Shown: piece after piece, positions 40,692 to 51,512 of the stretch
How positions within the stretch are numbered: position 1 is the stretch's first letter
How the letters are laid out: every line of letters begins with the position of its first letter
Assembly: GCA_038747425.1 (NCBI GenBank)
Contig: JBCDJV010000005.1
Span: 7,137 to 71,136, forward strand
Source: Bacteroidota bacterium
GTDB lineage: Bacteria > Bacteroidota > Rhodothermia > Rhodothermales > JBCDJV01
Reading direction: 5' to 3'
Length of the DNA: 64,000 nt
Translations under genes and position numbers: made by a program
Notes under the pieces: generated by a model
Seen by the model: only the letters and a program-made list of their open reading frames with translations
Database searches by the model: none
What the model was told of the DNA's origin: nothing

Positions 40692-43600
40692 CTACGATGG
40701 ACGATCTGACGAAGAACCCGCATCCGACGACCCCTTGCCCCCCGTGTCGGATCCTGGTGAAGATCGACGACCTCGCGCAGAACGGCGGCGCGAGGACCGA
40801 CGGCGATCCGATGGACGGCCTTCGCCTGCAGCCGATGGCACACTGGCCGAACCGGAATCGCCCTGCGCACCAGCCTCACGCGACTTGCTGGTAGCCTCCG
40901 ACTGACCGGAGGTGTCTGGCTTGCTCACAGCACGCCGCTTGCTGGCAGTGCCCGACTTACTGGCGTCACGCCGCTTGCTGGAGGTGTCCGGCTTGCTGGA
41001 AGCCTCCGACTGACCGGAGATGTCTGGCTTGCTCGCGTCACGCCGCTTGCTGGAGGTGTCCAGCTTGCTGGAGGTGTCCGACTTGCTGGAGGTGTCCGAC
41101 TTGCTGGAGGTGTCCGACTTGCTGGAGGTGTCCGACTTGCTGGAGGTGTCCGACTTGCTGGAGACGTCCGGCTTGCTGGAGGCGTCCGGCTTGCTGGAGG
41201 CGTCCGACTTCCTGGAAGTGCTGCGCGGGCCAGCATCACGTTGACGGGCTCGGCTATCTGCCCCCTCGCCCTCGTTGGGCGTTGCACTCGAGGCTGCGGG
41301 ACCCTCCGGCTTCTGCGGATTGCTACCATCGGAGGAGGAACGACGTCCACGGCCTCGCCCACGCCCACGGCTTCCACGCCGGCGCCTGGACCGACCGCGA
41401 GACGACGACTGCGACGACGACTCTGAGGAAGAATCGGGCGCCGCGGATGACGACGAGGGCGAAGCGGGAGCAGACGACTCGGTCGAGGACGATTCCGCCG
41501 GCGAGGATTGCGCCGAACGTCCGCGAGAGGAGCGTCCGCGCGAGGAGCGGCCACGAGAAGAGTCACCCCGCGAGGAACCGCCTCGTGAAGAGCCCCCCCG
41601 GGAGGAGCGGCCCTGTGCGCTATCGTTGTCCGGAGAGGACGATGGCGAGGCGCTCGACGAGCCAGCTTCCGTCGAGGCGTTCGACTCCTGCTTGTCGGAC
41701 GAGCGGCCAGACGACGACCGCTCCCCGTCGCGTCGGCGTCCACGGCCCCGCCCGGAACGGCCTCGACCGGAGCGGCGTGACCGAGAGGAGGTCTGGCCAT
41801 CGGACGAGGCGTGGTCTTCACGCGGCGTTTTCGCTTCCGGCGCTTTCTGGTCTGCGGGCGCTGTCTCCTTGGGAGCCTGCGGCAAGGCCTTGGAGGCGGT
41901 GTCCTCTTTCTTGGGGGCCGGCTTCAGCTTGCGGGGCAGCTCATCTTCTGTGCGCAGGTCATAGAAGCGGTAGACACCGGGCGGCAGTTCCAGGTCCTCC
42001 TCAACGCGGATTCGGATCAAGTACTTCAAGAACCAGCGCATCGGGTAGTTGGGCACGCGCCGGTTCAGGAAGGCCGCCGTGAAGGGGTGGACACGCAGCG
42101 AGACGGCGCGCCGGTTGCCCAGCGCTTTGTATTCGCTGATCCAGCGCTCGATGCCGCGTAGCATCTTGTCCGGCTTTGGGGCCTTGACAGGACCCCGGTT
42201 TCGGCGGGATCCCTGCTCTTTGGGGGCGGTCTCGGCCGCTTGCGGCGGTGGAGCAGGGGCTTGCTCTTGAGGCGGTGGCTTGGCGGTTTGGCCACGCTGA
42301 GAACGGTCCGGCCGTTCGGCCAGCTGCTTGAGATCGTCGGGCAGCTCGAAGGTGGTGGTAATGCTAGGACGCAGGCGCTGGCGCGTGATCTCGATCAGGC
42401 CGAAGTCACTCATCGGGAGCAGCTTCGTGACGGCTCGATCTCGGCGGAATTCGCGCTTCAGCTCTTCGTACACCTTGCGGCGGCTTCGCTCCGAACGCAT
42501 ATCGATGAAGTCCACCACGATGATGCCACCAATGTCCCGCAGGCGCGTCTGCCGGGCGATGATGCGGGCGGCCTCCAGATTGACCTTGAGCGAGCTCTCC
42601 TCCTGAGACATGCCGCGCCCTGAGCGCCCCGAGTTCACATCGACCACGTGCATGGCCTCCGTGCGTTCGATGAAGAGGTAGCCCCCCGAGGGCAACTCCA
42701 CCCGGCTCTGGAAAGCCGCGGCCACCGACCGATCAATGCGAGCGTACTCAAAGACCGACTGCTTGCCCCGATGCAGCTGCACGGCCTTGCTCATCTGAGG
42801 GGCCACCGCCTGGACGTAGCTCTTGACGCTCCGATAGATCTTGGAATCATCGACCAAGATGCGGTCATAGTCCTCCGAGAACAGATCGCGGATGACGGAC
42901 GACGCCATGTTGACGTCTTCGTGCACCAGCTTGGGCGGCTTGGGCGATCCGTCGAGTTCTTTCTCGATGCGGCGCCACTTTTCGAGCAGCAGGCGCAGAT
43001 CGGTGTCGAGCGTCTTGGCGTCTTTGGTCGCCGCCACCGTGCGGACGATGATGCCAAACCCTTCAGGGACGAGGCTACGGGCCAGAACACGAAGACGGCG
43101 CCGTTCCTTGTAGGAGTTAATGCGGCGAGACACGGCCACATAGTCCACGAACGGCACCAGCACCAAGAAACGTCCGGCCAGCGAGATGTCGGTCGAGATC
43201 CGGCTCCCTTTGTTGGAGATGGGCTCCTTGGTGATCTTAACCAGGATCTTCTGGTCACGCTTGAGCACCTGCTCGGGCGAGAACGAGCGGGTAGACCGGC
43301 GCGACCCACCGCGCCCACCTTTGGCCGCCTCGCCCTGGTTGCCCCTACCGCCTTTGCGGCGCTGCGCAGACCGCCGGCGGCTTCGTGCCGAGGCTTCTTT
43401 GCCCAGCCGCTTGCCGGTGCTCTTTTTGGGCTCGTCCCCGTCTTCCGAGGGCGCCGAGCGCTTGGGACGGCGGCGTTTGGCCCGCGGCTTTTCGCGGAGC
43501 TCCGCGTTGGGCTCAACGGCGCCCACACGGGGCGACTCCTGCTCTAGGAAGTCGAGCAGTTCAGGGAGAGTCTCTGCAATGTCAGAGAAGTGGAGAAACG

Positions 43601-43796
43601 CGTCCTGCTTCTGCCCAATGTCTACAAAGGCCGCCTTGATGCTCGGCATGATGCGCCGAATGCGGCCGAGGAAGATATCGCCGAGGGTGCGTTCATTTTC
43701 GGGATCCTCCATGAAGAGCTCCGCCAGGTTGCCATTCTCCAGGATGGCAATGCGTGTCTGCTCTTGCTGGGCATTGATGATGATCTCTTTTTGCAT
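40692..43796 (-). CDS. rne: Ribonuclease E/G family with long disordered C-terminus
   Basis: S1 domain (AAFVDIG..AFLHFSD), DVNSG, RDIGGIIVVDFIDM, FGLIEITRQR; ~400-aa S/R/G-rich tail. Confidence 0.92.
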   Translation of the reverse strand: MQKEIIINAQQEQTRIAILENGNLAELFMEDPENERTLGDIFLGRIRRIMPSIKAAFVDIGQKQDAFLHFSDIAETLPELLDFLEQESPRVGAVEPNAELREKPRAKRRRPKRSAPSEDGDEPKKSTGKRLGKEASARSRRRSAQRRKGGRGNQGEAAKGGRGGSRRSTRSFSPEQVLKRDQKILVKITKEPISNKGSRISTDISLAGRFLVLVPFVDYVAVSRRINSYKERRRLRVLARSLVPEGFGIIVRTVAATKDAKTLDTDLRLLLEKWRRIEKELDGSPKPPKLVHEDVNMASSVIRDLFSEDYDRILVDDSKIYRSVKSYVQAVAPQMSKAVQLHRGKQSVFEYARIDRSVAAAFQSRVELPSGGYLFIERTEAMHVVDVNSGRSGRGMSQEESSLKVNLEAARIIARQTRLRDIGGIIVVDFIDMRSERSRRKVYEELKREFRRDRAVTKLLPMSDFGLIEITRQRLRPSITTTFELPDDLKQLAERPDRSQRGQTAKPPPQEQAPAPPPQAAETAPKEQGSRRNRGPVKAPKPDKMLRGIERWISEYKALGNRRAVSLRVHPFTAAFLNRRVPNYPMRWFLKYLIRIRVEEDLELPPGVYRFYDLRTEDELPRKLKPAPKKEDTASKALPQAPKETAPADQKAPEAKTPREDHASSDGQTSSRSRRSGRGRSGRGRGRRRDGERSSSGRSSDKQESNASTEAGSSSASPSSSPDNDSAQGRSSRGGSSRGGSSRGDSSRGRSSRGRSSRGRSAQSSPAESSSTESSAPASPSSSSAAPDSSSESSSQSSSRGRSRRRRGSRGRGRGRGRRSSSDGSNPQKPEGPAASSATPNEGEGADSRARQRDAGPRSTSRKSDASSKPDASSKPDVSSKSDTSSKSDTSSKSDTSSKSDTSSKSDTSSKLDTSSKRRDASKPDISGQSEASSKPDTSSKRRDASKSGTASKRRAVSKPDTSGQSEATSKSREAGAQGDSGSASVPSAAGEGRPSDRRRSSRRRSARGRRSSPGSDTGGKGSSDAGSSSDRPS
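41046..41207. repeat. 18-bp coding tandem repeat (VNTR) in rne
   Basis: Nine units of CTTGCTGGAGGTGTCCGA, five identical (41064-41153); encodes (SSKSDT)n. Confidence 0.92.
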
Positions 43797-44776
43797 GAGA
43801 ACGGAAAGCGACGCACGGTTCGCGCCTGGGGGCCCCGATCTCGCTCAGCGGACCCAACGCCAGGGGGGCGTGCTTGACAGGCCTGAACAGAGTAGTGAGC
43901 GGGGGTCAACCAACCGATGGGGTGCCGTGAGATCCCAAGCGCCGAGGCGGTGAGGCGCAGAAGCCTCCCGGGTGCAGACGGCCATACCGTCCGCAGCGCC
44001 CGCAGCGCGGCTTGCAACACAGCATAGAGCGAAGACAGTGCGTCCTGCAGCCGGTGATCCACGTACAGCATCGGGGGAGCGTGCGTGTATGAGAAGAGAA
44101 AAAGAGGAGGGTCGAGGAAGGCGGCCACCGTTGGCCGCCAGCATTCAGGACTTGGCTCCTCTACGAAAGATGTCAACGAATGAAGGCGTGCGCGGCCTCT
44201 TGAAGCGTCGGGCCGGGCCAGATGGCGTGGGCACTCAGTCTGCGTGCTGCCCGGGTCGTCGCTGAGGGGCACGAGGCCTGCGGACGAGGTGCGTAAGCCC
44301 AGGGCTCAAGGTCTGCCGGGCAGAGACCATGCCGATCAACACACGGAACCTGGCGCGCGGGCGCTCGTGCAGCCACTCCGTGACCACGAACAGGAGCCGC
44401 GCCTGATGCGCCATGGGTACCCTCTACACAGGTGTTAATCCCCTGATAGCACATGCGCCAAGAAATGATCCCGCCTCCCCCTGCATTCTCTGAGATACGC
44501 ACCCTCGGAAAACCCTGAGATTGAAAAGTAAAGAATCCGTGACGGGGGAGTGGAAATCCTACAAAGTCCTGTGTTATCTATGAGGAGTAGAGCGGCACAC
44601 GGCAGAAAGAGCCCAATTTAGATTCGGTCCAAAGTTTGCCTGGCCAGGGATCTTATGTAAGCACTCGTTTATACAGGGCCTACCCGTTCCTGCACCCTGT
44701 GCACGTGGTGGCCGTTTGGGTGCGCCCGTGACCCCTTCCCACCGTTTACTCCCGTGTTTCACCCCTCCCAATTCAG

Positions 44777-45190
44777 ATGGCTGTAGATACCCACGAGGCT
44801 CCTGTCCTTGACGAGGTCAAGCCTATCCGTCGGTACCGTATTCGCTCAGGCATGTTTGCCTGGATGGCACACCGGCTCAGCGGTGTGGCCGTGGTCCTCT
44901 ATCTGGTCATCCATGTGTGGGGGCTCAAGGCCTTGACAGACCGGGACGCCTTTAACGAGTTGATTGCAGGCTACCACGCGCCCATCTTCAAGTTGGGCGA
45001 GGTGGCCTTGCTGGCCGCTGTGGTGTACCACTCGCTGAACGGACTGCGCATTGTTCTGATTGACTTCATGGGCTGGAGCCCCAAGCAAGCGCGGATGTTC
45101 TGGACCTTGTTTGTGGTGGCCCTGGCCCTGATCGTGGTGGGCGGCTACCCGTCCATCGTCTCGGTCATCAATCTGTTCTCAGCCGGGTAA
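44777..45190 (+). CDS. sdhC: Succinate dehydrogenase cytochrome b subunit
   Basis: HRLSG, YHSLNGLRI..D; three TM helices. Confidence 0.92.
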   Translation: MAVDTHEAPVLDEVKPIRRYRIRSGMFAWMAHRLSGVAVVLYLVIHVWGLKALTDRDAFNELIAGYHAPIFKLGEVALLAAVVYHSLNGLRIVLIDFMGWSPKQARMFWTLFVVALALIVVGGYPSIVSVINLFSAG

Positions 45191-45225
45191 CGTCTCGACG
45201 CCCCTCCTCTGCTATCACGTAGCTC

Positions 45226-45723
45226 ATGAAAAAGTACGGATCCTCAAAGTCGAGCGCGCTCAACTGGTTCTTGCACCGGGTGACGGGCACCTTCTTGGTG
45301 TTTCTGGTGATGACCCATTTCTGGGTCCAGCACTACGATCAGCAGACCGCCTCGGTGGTGGCCCAGTCGCTCACGGCGGAGCAGTTGGAGGCAGGCGAGT
45401 TGCCCGAGTACAGCGAAGCGGCCAAGGCGGCCGTCCGCGCCAAGTTTGGCCCCGATGCGGAGGTGACGCCCTACGACGTGGTGATGCTGCGCCTGGCTGA
45501 TCCCGTGTATGCGGTGCTGTGGAAGGGCTTCAACATCCTGTTCTTGATGTTTGCCCTCCACCATGGCTTCTACGGCCTGAACAACGTGCTGACGGATTAC
45601 ATCCGCAACGACCTGGCGCGGGTGGTGGCGCGGACCCTCACCTGGACACTGGCCCTGGTCCTCCTGGTGGTGGGCCTCTACTCGGTCGTGACCGCTGGCT
45701 GGGGCTATCTACCCAGCGGCTGA
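45226..45723 (+). CDS. sdhD: Succinate dehydrogenase membrane anchor subunit
   Basis: HRVTG, HHGFYGL..VLTDY; position in operon. Confidence 0.88.
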   Translation: MKKYGSSKSSALNWFLHRVTGTFLVFLVMTHFWVQHYDQQTASVVAQSLTAEQLEAGELPEYSEAAKAAVRAKFGPDAEVTPYDVVMLRLADPVYAVLWKGFNILFLMFALHHGFYGLNNVLTDYIRNDLARVVARTLTWTLALVLLVVGLYSVVTAGWGYLPSG

Positions 45724-45791
45724 CCCAACCCCTTTGACTGCAAGTACGGCGCCTCGGCCCCGTCTTTTCTTCATTCGACCTCGCATGCATT

Positions 45792-47534
45792 ATGATCTTC
45801 TCACATGACGTTGTCATCGTAGGCGCGGGCGGCGCAGGCCTGATGGCCGCCCTGTACGCTCGCGAGGGCGGCGCCGACGTGGCCGTTGTCTCCAAGCTCC
45901 ATCCGCTGCGCTCCCACACGGGCGCCGCGCAAGGTGGTATTGGCGCGGCCCTGGGCAATGAAGAAGAGGACCACTGGCTCTGGCACGCCTTCGACACCGT
46001 CAAGGGCTCTGACTACGTGGGCGACCAGGATGCCATCGAGATCATGTGCAAAGACGCCGAGCGCACCATCATCGAGTTGGAGCACTACGGCGTACCGTTC
46101 AGCCGCAACAAGGCGGGCCGGATCTCGCAGCGCCGTTTCGGTGGGCACACCCGCAACTTCGGGGAAGCGCCTGTGCGCCGCGCTTGCCACGCGGCGGATC
46201 GTACCGGCCACACCATCCTGCATACGCTCTACGACCAGTGCGCCAAGCAGGGCGTGCGGTTCTACGATGAGTTCCAGGTGCTGGACCTACTCATGACGCC
46301 CGATGGCGAGGCGGCAGGCTGCGTGGCCTACGAGATCCTGACCGGCGAGATCCACACGTTCCACAGCAAGATCGTCTGCTTTGCCACCGGCGGCTACGGG
46401 CGCGCCTTCAAGACCACGTCCAACGCCCACGCCGGCACCGGCGACGGCATGGCGATGGTGCTGCGCAAGGGCCTGCCCCTGGAGGACATGGAGTTCGTGC
46501 AGTTCCACCCAACGGGCCTCTACCGCCTCGGCATCCTGATCACCGAAGGCGCCCGCGGCGAGGGCGGCATCCTGCGCAACAGCGACAACGAGCGCTTTAT
46601 GGAGCGCTATGCCCCGACGGTGAAGGATCTCGCCCCGCGCGACATGGTGTCCCAGTGCATCTACAAAGAGATCCGGGCCGGGCGTGGAATCAACGGCCGC
46701 GAGTACGTCCACCTGGACATGACCCATGTGGGCTCGGACGTGCTGCTCAAGAAGCTACCCGAGATTACCACCTTCTCCCGAACCTACCTGGGCGTGGACC
46801 CGATCCAGCAGCCCATCCCCGTGGCCCCCACATGCCACTACGCCATGGGCGGGATTCCCACCAACTACGACTCGCAGGTGGAGCGGGCCGAACGCGGCAC
46901 CATCATCCCTGGCCTCTACGCCGCCGGCGAGTGCGCCTGCGTCAGCGTCCACGGCGCCAACCGCCTCGGCACCAACTCGCTACTGGACCTGGTGGTCTTC
47001 GGCCGCCGAGCCGGCCTCCGCATGGCCCGCGAGATCGAGGAGCGTCGTACCAGCCCCAAGCCCACCCTGCCTGACAACCCGGAGCAAGCCGCTCGGGACA
47101 TGCTGGAGGACATCCTGGGCCGGACCAATGGCGAGCCGGTGGTGAAGGTCCGCACGGACCTCCAGGAGACCATGATGAAGAACGTCTCCGTCTTCCGCAC
47201 CGACGAGACCATGAGCGAGGCCCTCGTGGACCTCAACCAGATCCGTGCACGCGCCGCCCGAGTGTCTGTGCGTGACAAAGGCAAGCGGTTCAACACCGAG
47301 CTCATGGACGCCGTCGAGATCGGATTCATGGTGGACTACGCCGAGGCCATTGCCGCCTCCGCCCATCACCGGACCGAAAGCCGTGGCGCCCACTCCCGCG
47401 AGGACTATCCCAAGCGTGACGACGGGCAGTGGCTCAAGCACATCCTCTTCCACAGCGACCAACAGGGGGGCTTCGAGTTCTCGTACAAAGACGTGACCAT
47501 CACACGCTTCCAGCCCAAGGAGCGCAAGTACTGA
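45792..47534 (+). CDS. sdhA: Succinate dehydrogenase flavoprotein subunit
   Basis: [40 protein letters not shown]. Confidence 0.97.
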   Translation: MIFSHDVVIVGAGGAGLMAALYAREGGADVAVVSKLHPLRSHTGAAQGGIGAALGNEEEDHWLWHAFDTVKGSDYVGDQDAIEIMCKDAERTIIELEHYGVPFSRNKAGRISQRRFGGHTRNFGEAPVRRACHAADRTGHTILHTLYDQCAKQGVRFYDEFQVLDLLMTPDGEAAGCVAYEILTGEIHTFHSKIVCFATGGYGRAFKTTSNAHAGTGDGMAMVLRKGLPLEDMEFVQFHPTGLYRLGILITEGARGEGGILRNSDNERFMERYAPTVKDLAPRDMVSQCIYKEIRAGRGINGREYVHLDMTHVGSDVLLKKLPEITTFSRTYLGVDPIQQPIPVAPTCHYAMGGIPTNYDSQVERAERGTIIPGLYAAGECACVSVHGANRLGTNSLLDLVVFGRRAGLRMAREIEERRTSPKPTLPDNPEQAARDMLEDILGRTNGEPVVKVRTDLQETMMKNVSVFRTDETMSEALVDLNQIRARAARVSVRDKGKRFNTELMDAVEIGFMVDYAEAIAASAHHRTESRGAHSREDYPKRDDGQWLKHILFHSDQQGGFEFSYKDVTITRFQPKERKY

Positions 47535-47574
47535 GTCCGCCTCACGGCCCCTTCAAGCACAGACGCAGCTTTTC

Positions 47575-48285
47575 ATGAAACTCAACGTCAAGATCCGGCG
47601 GTTCGACCCCGAAAGCGGCGAGGCGCCTCACTGGCAGTCCTTCGAGGTCCCCGCTGACCCCATGGACAGTGCCCTGGCGTTGCTCTTGCACGTCAAGTGG
47701 TACCAAGATGGGACGCTGACCTTTCGCAAAAGCTGTGCGCATGGCATCTGTGGCTCCGATGCCATGCAGATCAACGGCGAAAACAAGCTCGCCTGCTCTG
47801 TGCTCGTGCAGGAGCTCGCGAAGAAAGATGGCGACACCGTCTCGTTCGCGCCGCTGCCGGCGGCTCCGGTCATCAAGGACTTGGTGATCGACCAGACCCG
47901 CTTCTTCGAGAAGTACCGGGCGGTTATGCCCTATCTCATCAATGACAATCCGCCCCCCGAGCGCGAGCGGCTTCAGAGCCCTGAGGACTTCGAGATCATC
48001 GAGGATGCCACCAAGTGCATCATGTGCGGCGCCTGCACCCATTCGTGCCCCAGCACCTGGGCCGACCCAGAGTACCTCGGCCCCGCCGCTATGCTCAAGG
48101 CCTACCGCTACACCTTTGACACGCGCGACGAAGGCAGCGACCAACGCCTGAAGGTGGTGGACTCGGGCGAAGGCCTCTGGAAATGCTACACGATCTTCAA
48201 CTGCGTGCAGGCCTGCCCCAAAGGCATTGACATCACCCGTTGGCTGTCCGCCCTGAAGCGCCAAGCGGTGACCGCCCAATACTGA
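47575..48285 (+). CDS. sdhB: Succinate dehydrogenase iron-sulfur subunit
   Basis: SCAHGICGSD, CIMCGACTHSCP, CYTIFNCVQACPK. Confidence 0.97.
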   Translation: MKLNVKIRRFDPESGEAPHWQSFEVPADPMDSALALLLHVKWYQDGTLTFRKSCAHGICGSDAMQINGENKLACSVLVQELAKKDGDTVSFAPLPAAPVIKDLVIDQTRFFEKYRAVMPYLINDNPPPERERLQSPEDFEIIEDATKCIMCGACTHSCPSTWADPEYLGPAAMLKAYRYTFDTRDEGSDQRLKVVDSGEGLWKCYTIFNCVQACPKGIDITRWLSALKRQAVTAQY

Positions 48286-48468
48286 CCGCTCGCAGCCTAC
48301 GCAAGGGGGCCTTCTCTCTTCCCTAAGGGATCCGCGCTCGACCGCCGACTGGGTCCCGGGCGGCCATCCCGGCCCCCTTCGCGTTTGCTCTTCGAAGCGA
48401 AGCAGCAGGACCGAGCCAAGCCGCCTGCAGAGGCCACGGGCCAGCCGTTGTGCCCCCGCGCTCGCCGG

Positions 48469-48477
48469 TTATCCACA
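48469..48477 (+). promoter_or_regulatory. Perfect DnaA box upstream of parA
   Basis: TTATCCACA in the intergenic region. Confidence 0.5.
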
Positions 48478-48727
48478 ATCCCTACACGTCGCAGAAAGGA
48501 CTTGCTTGGCCTTGCTGCTTCGTGCTACATTGGCGTGACCACGTGGTAGGCCTCTTAAGGACGTGTTTGGTGCCGTCCCCTGTCCCTTCTTTCAGGTTGC
48601 CTGCTTGGCGGGTTCGCCTTGTACCTCTCGCCCAGGTCCCGGCTGACCACGCGCGACGGTGAACGTGTCAGTCCCCGCACAGCGCTCGTGCCTTCACACC
48701 GCCAGCTTTCACATCGCTAGCTTTCAC

Positions 48728-49627
48728 ATGGGAAAAGTCATCGCAGTAGCGAACCAGAAGGGCGGTGTGGGGAAGACGACAACGGCCGTCAACCTCGCCT
48801 CCTCGTTCGCCGCGACGGAGCACCCCACCTTGCTCATCGATATCGACCCCCAGGCCAACTGCACGTCTGGGGTGGGGCTAGACCAGCGGCGCGTGTCGGC
48901 CTCGGTGTATGAGGTGCTGATTGGCGAGATTCCGCTTGAGGACGCCATCCACAACACGGAGATGCCGTTTCTGGATGTCGTGCCCAGCCACATCAACCTG
49001 GTGGGTGCGGAAATTGAGATGATCGACGTGCTGGAACGAGAGCGCATCCTGAAGAAGGCTCTCGTGCAGGCTCGCAAAAAGTATGACTTCATCGTGATGG
49101 ACTGCCCGCCTTCGCTGGGCCTCCTCACCCTGAACTCGCTCACCGCCGCCGATGCGGTGCTCATCCCCGTCCAAGCCGAGTACTTTGCCTTGGAAGGCCT
49201 GGGGCAACTGCTGAACACGATCAAGATCGTGCGGCAGCATCTCAACCCGGACCTCGAGATCGAGGGCGTGTTGCTGACCATGTTCGACACCCGTCTCCGC
49301 CTCTCCAACCAGGTCGCCCGGGAGGTCCGTCGGTACTTCGGAGACAAAGTGTTCAAGACCATCGTCCAACGCAACGTGCGCATCTCGGAGGCGCCTAGCT
49401 TCGGCAAGCCGGTCTTGCTGTACGATGCCACCTCCATGGGTGCTCGCAACTACATCGGGCTGGCACGGGAGATTCTCCACAACAACCAACGCTTCCTGCG
49501 CACGGCGGCCTCCGGTGAGGACGCCCAGTCAGCCGATGCACCGCCCGATGGCCTGTCCAACGGCCCGGCTCGCACGGCCAGCTACGAACACAGTACCCCC
49601 AAAGCCGCCAACGGATTTGCCCTCTGA
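48728..49627 (+). CDS. parA: Chromosome partitioning ATPase ParA/Soj
   Basis: [32 protein letters not shown]. Confidence 0.96.
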   Translation: MGKVIAVANQKGGVGKTTTAVNLASSFAATEHPTLLIDIDPQANCTSGVGLDQRRVSASVYEVLIGEIPLEDAIHNTEMPFLDVVPSHINLVGAEIEMIDVLERERILKKALVQARKKYDFIVMDCPPSLGLLTLNSLTAADAVLIPVQAEYFALEGLGQLLNTIKIVRQHLNPDLEIEGVLLTMFDTRLRLSNQVAREVRRYFGDKVFKTIVQRNVRISEAPSFGKPVLLYDATSMGARNYIGLAREILHNNQRFLRTAASGEDAQSADAPPDGLSNGPARTASYEHSTPKAANGFAL

Positions 49628-49688
49628 GGGCACGCCACGCCGCTCTGCCTTACCTTCACCACGACGCCACAACACAAGGGGACCCGTC

Positions 49689-50648
49689 ATGTCATCGAAA
49701 AAAGCCGTGCTGGGACGCGGCCTGAGCGCTCTCCTCCCCGCCCAGGACGAACGCCCCGAAGCCGCTGGCCGCCCCCACGAAGGCGACTTACCCAAGACGC
49801 GCCTCTATCATTTCGAGGATCGAGTCCGCCTCCTTGGGCGCGTGGCTGATCTGGAAGTGGACCAAGTCCGGCCCAACCCCTATCAGCCCCGTCGCGACTT
49901 TGACGAGCAGGCCCTCGATGAACTCTCGGCGTCGATTCAGCAGCTTGGCATCATCCAGCCGATCACGGTCCGTGCCCTCGGTGAAGGTCAGTTTGAGATC
50001 ATCTCGGGCGAGCGCCGCTTGCGCGCTGGCCGCCGGGCTGGCCTCAAGCGCATCCCCGCCTACATCCGCGAGGCCGATACCGAGGCCATGCTGGAGATGG
50101 CCATCGTGGAAAACATCCAGCGTGAAGAACTGAACCCCGTGGAGGTGGCCCTCGGCTACCAGCGGCTCATGGAGGAGTGTAGCCTCACCCAGGAGCAGGT
50201 GGCCAAAAAGGTTGGTAAGAGCCGAGCCTCCATTGCCAACCACCTCCGCTTGCTCAAGCTCCCCCCCCGTGTTCAAGTGGGCCTGCGCGACGGAACCCTC
50301 TCGGCGGGTCATGCCCGCGCGTTGGTGGCGCTGGACAACGAAGCCGCGCAGATAGACCTGCTCACGGCTATCGAGCAGGAACAGCTGTCCGTGCGTGAGG
50401 TGGAGGACCGGGTTCGCGAGCAACGTCAGGCACCGACGCCCGCCCCCCCCGCCGCGCCGGCGCCCCCCACCGAGCCCTCGTTCTGGGATCGTGATCAGCT
50501 CCAAATCCAAGCGTTCACCGACGAGCTACGCAGCTTGTTCAGTACCAAGGTCCACATCCGGCACAAAGCCGATGGCTCCGGACGTGTCGAGCTCAACTAC
50601 TACTCGCAGGAGGACCTGGAACGCCTCCTCGACCTTCTGCGCAGCTGA
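49689..50648 (+). CDS. parB: Chromosome partitioning protein ParB/Spo0J
   Basis: LGRGLSALL, PNPYQPR, GERRLRA, VENIQRE, SAGHARAL. Confidence 0.96.
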   Translation: MSSKKAVLGRGLSALLPAQDERPEAAGRPHEGDLPKTRLYHFEDRVRLLGRVADLEVDQVRPNPYQPRRDFDEQALDELSASIQQLGIIQPITVRALGEGQFEIISGERRLRAGRRAGLKRIPAYIREADTEAMLEMAIVENIQREELNPVEVALGYQRLMEECSLTQEQVAKKVGKSRASIANHLRLLKLPPRVQVGLRDGTLSAGHARALVALDNEAAQIDLLTAIEQEQLSVREVEDRVREQRQAPTPAPPAAPAPPTEPSFWDRDQLQIQAFTDELRSLFSTKVHIRHKADGSGRVELNYYSQEDLERLLDLLRS

Positions 50649-50662
50649 CCTCACCCTGCCTT

Positions 50663-51331
50663 GTGCGTGGCCTCCGTCTTACGGGCTTGCTGATGGGCCT
50701 CGGCCTGGCGACCCTGGGCTTGGTGGCCCCCGGTCTCGCCCAAGCGCCGCCTCCCCGCGCAGCGCCCATCGACACGCTGGCGGGGCTACCGCTCAGCACC
50801 CAGGCCCAACCGGATACGGCCCGCACCCGTGTGTCCCGCGTGGTGCGAGCGCCCCGGACACCCCGGGGAGCCCTCTGGCGGGCCGCCGCCGTGCCCGGCT
50901 GGGGGCAACTCTACAATGGCCAGCCCGTCAAGCTCCCCTTTGTGTATGCCGCCTTGGGAGGCACCGTGGGTGCCCTCATCTACACCAACCGGCTCTACGT
51001 CCGCTACCGGCGGGGCTACCGGTTCGCACTGGCCCAAGACAGTACCAGCACCCTCGTGCCCGGGCCCCGCGACGAAGCCGCAGCCAACCGCATCCCCAAC
51101 TTTGACATCCTGCTCGAGCGGAATCTCGAAGACCAGATCCGAGCCCAGCGTGAAGTTTTTCGACGCAACCGTGACCTTTTGATTCTTGGGTGCGGCTTAG
51201 TCTATGGCCTTACTGTGCTTGATGCGTACGTCAGCGCTCAACTGCTGGATTTCGACGTCAGTGAGGACCTCTCCTTGTCCCTCTACCCCCATCCTCAAGG
51301 CTACCAGACGGTGATCCGCTTCCGGTTTTGA
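50663..51331 (+). CDS. DUF5683 domain-containing protein
   Basis: PGWGQLYN..KLP.VY, RRNRD, DAYVSAQLLDFDVSEDLS; usual neighbour of parB in this phylum group. Confidence 0.85.
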   Translation: MRGLRLTGLLMGLGLATLGLVAPGLAQAPPPRAAPIDTLAGLPLSTQAQPDTARTRVSRVVRAPRTPRGALWRAAAVPGWGQLYNGQPVKLPFVYAALGGTVGALIYTNRLYVRYRRGYRFALAQDSTSTLVPGPRDEAAANRIPNFDILLERNLEDQIRAQREVFRRNRDLLILGCGLVYGLTVLDAYVSAQLLDFDVSEDLSLSLYPHPQGYQTVIRFRF

Positions 51332-51512
51332 GTCCTCTTCCGCAAAGGTTTGTAGGATTCCCGCTCCAGGTGTAACGTACTCGTTGGAACAAGGAACGAA
51401 GTGGATCGAAGGACATCTCATTCGGCTGCAGGGACTTACGCCTCCTTGCTAAGCGGCATTTCGGTTCTACCGACCTCCCCTCGCCGTTCGTCCCATCCGT
51501 TGCCCGCACTCT

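Noticed and set aside
41046-41207. Possible CRISPR array
   Set aside because: Head-to-tail 18-bp units without spacers, in frame inside rne; no cas genes.
43622-44071. ORF MLYVDHRLQDALSSLYAVLQ.. upstream of rne as a possible leader peptide
   Set aside because: Overlaps the rne start by about 175 bp and has no recognisable motif; cannot be supported without homology data.
48720-48736. parS-like site at the parA start
   Set aside because: Too many mismatches to TGTTTCACGTGAAACA.
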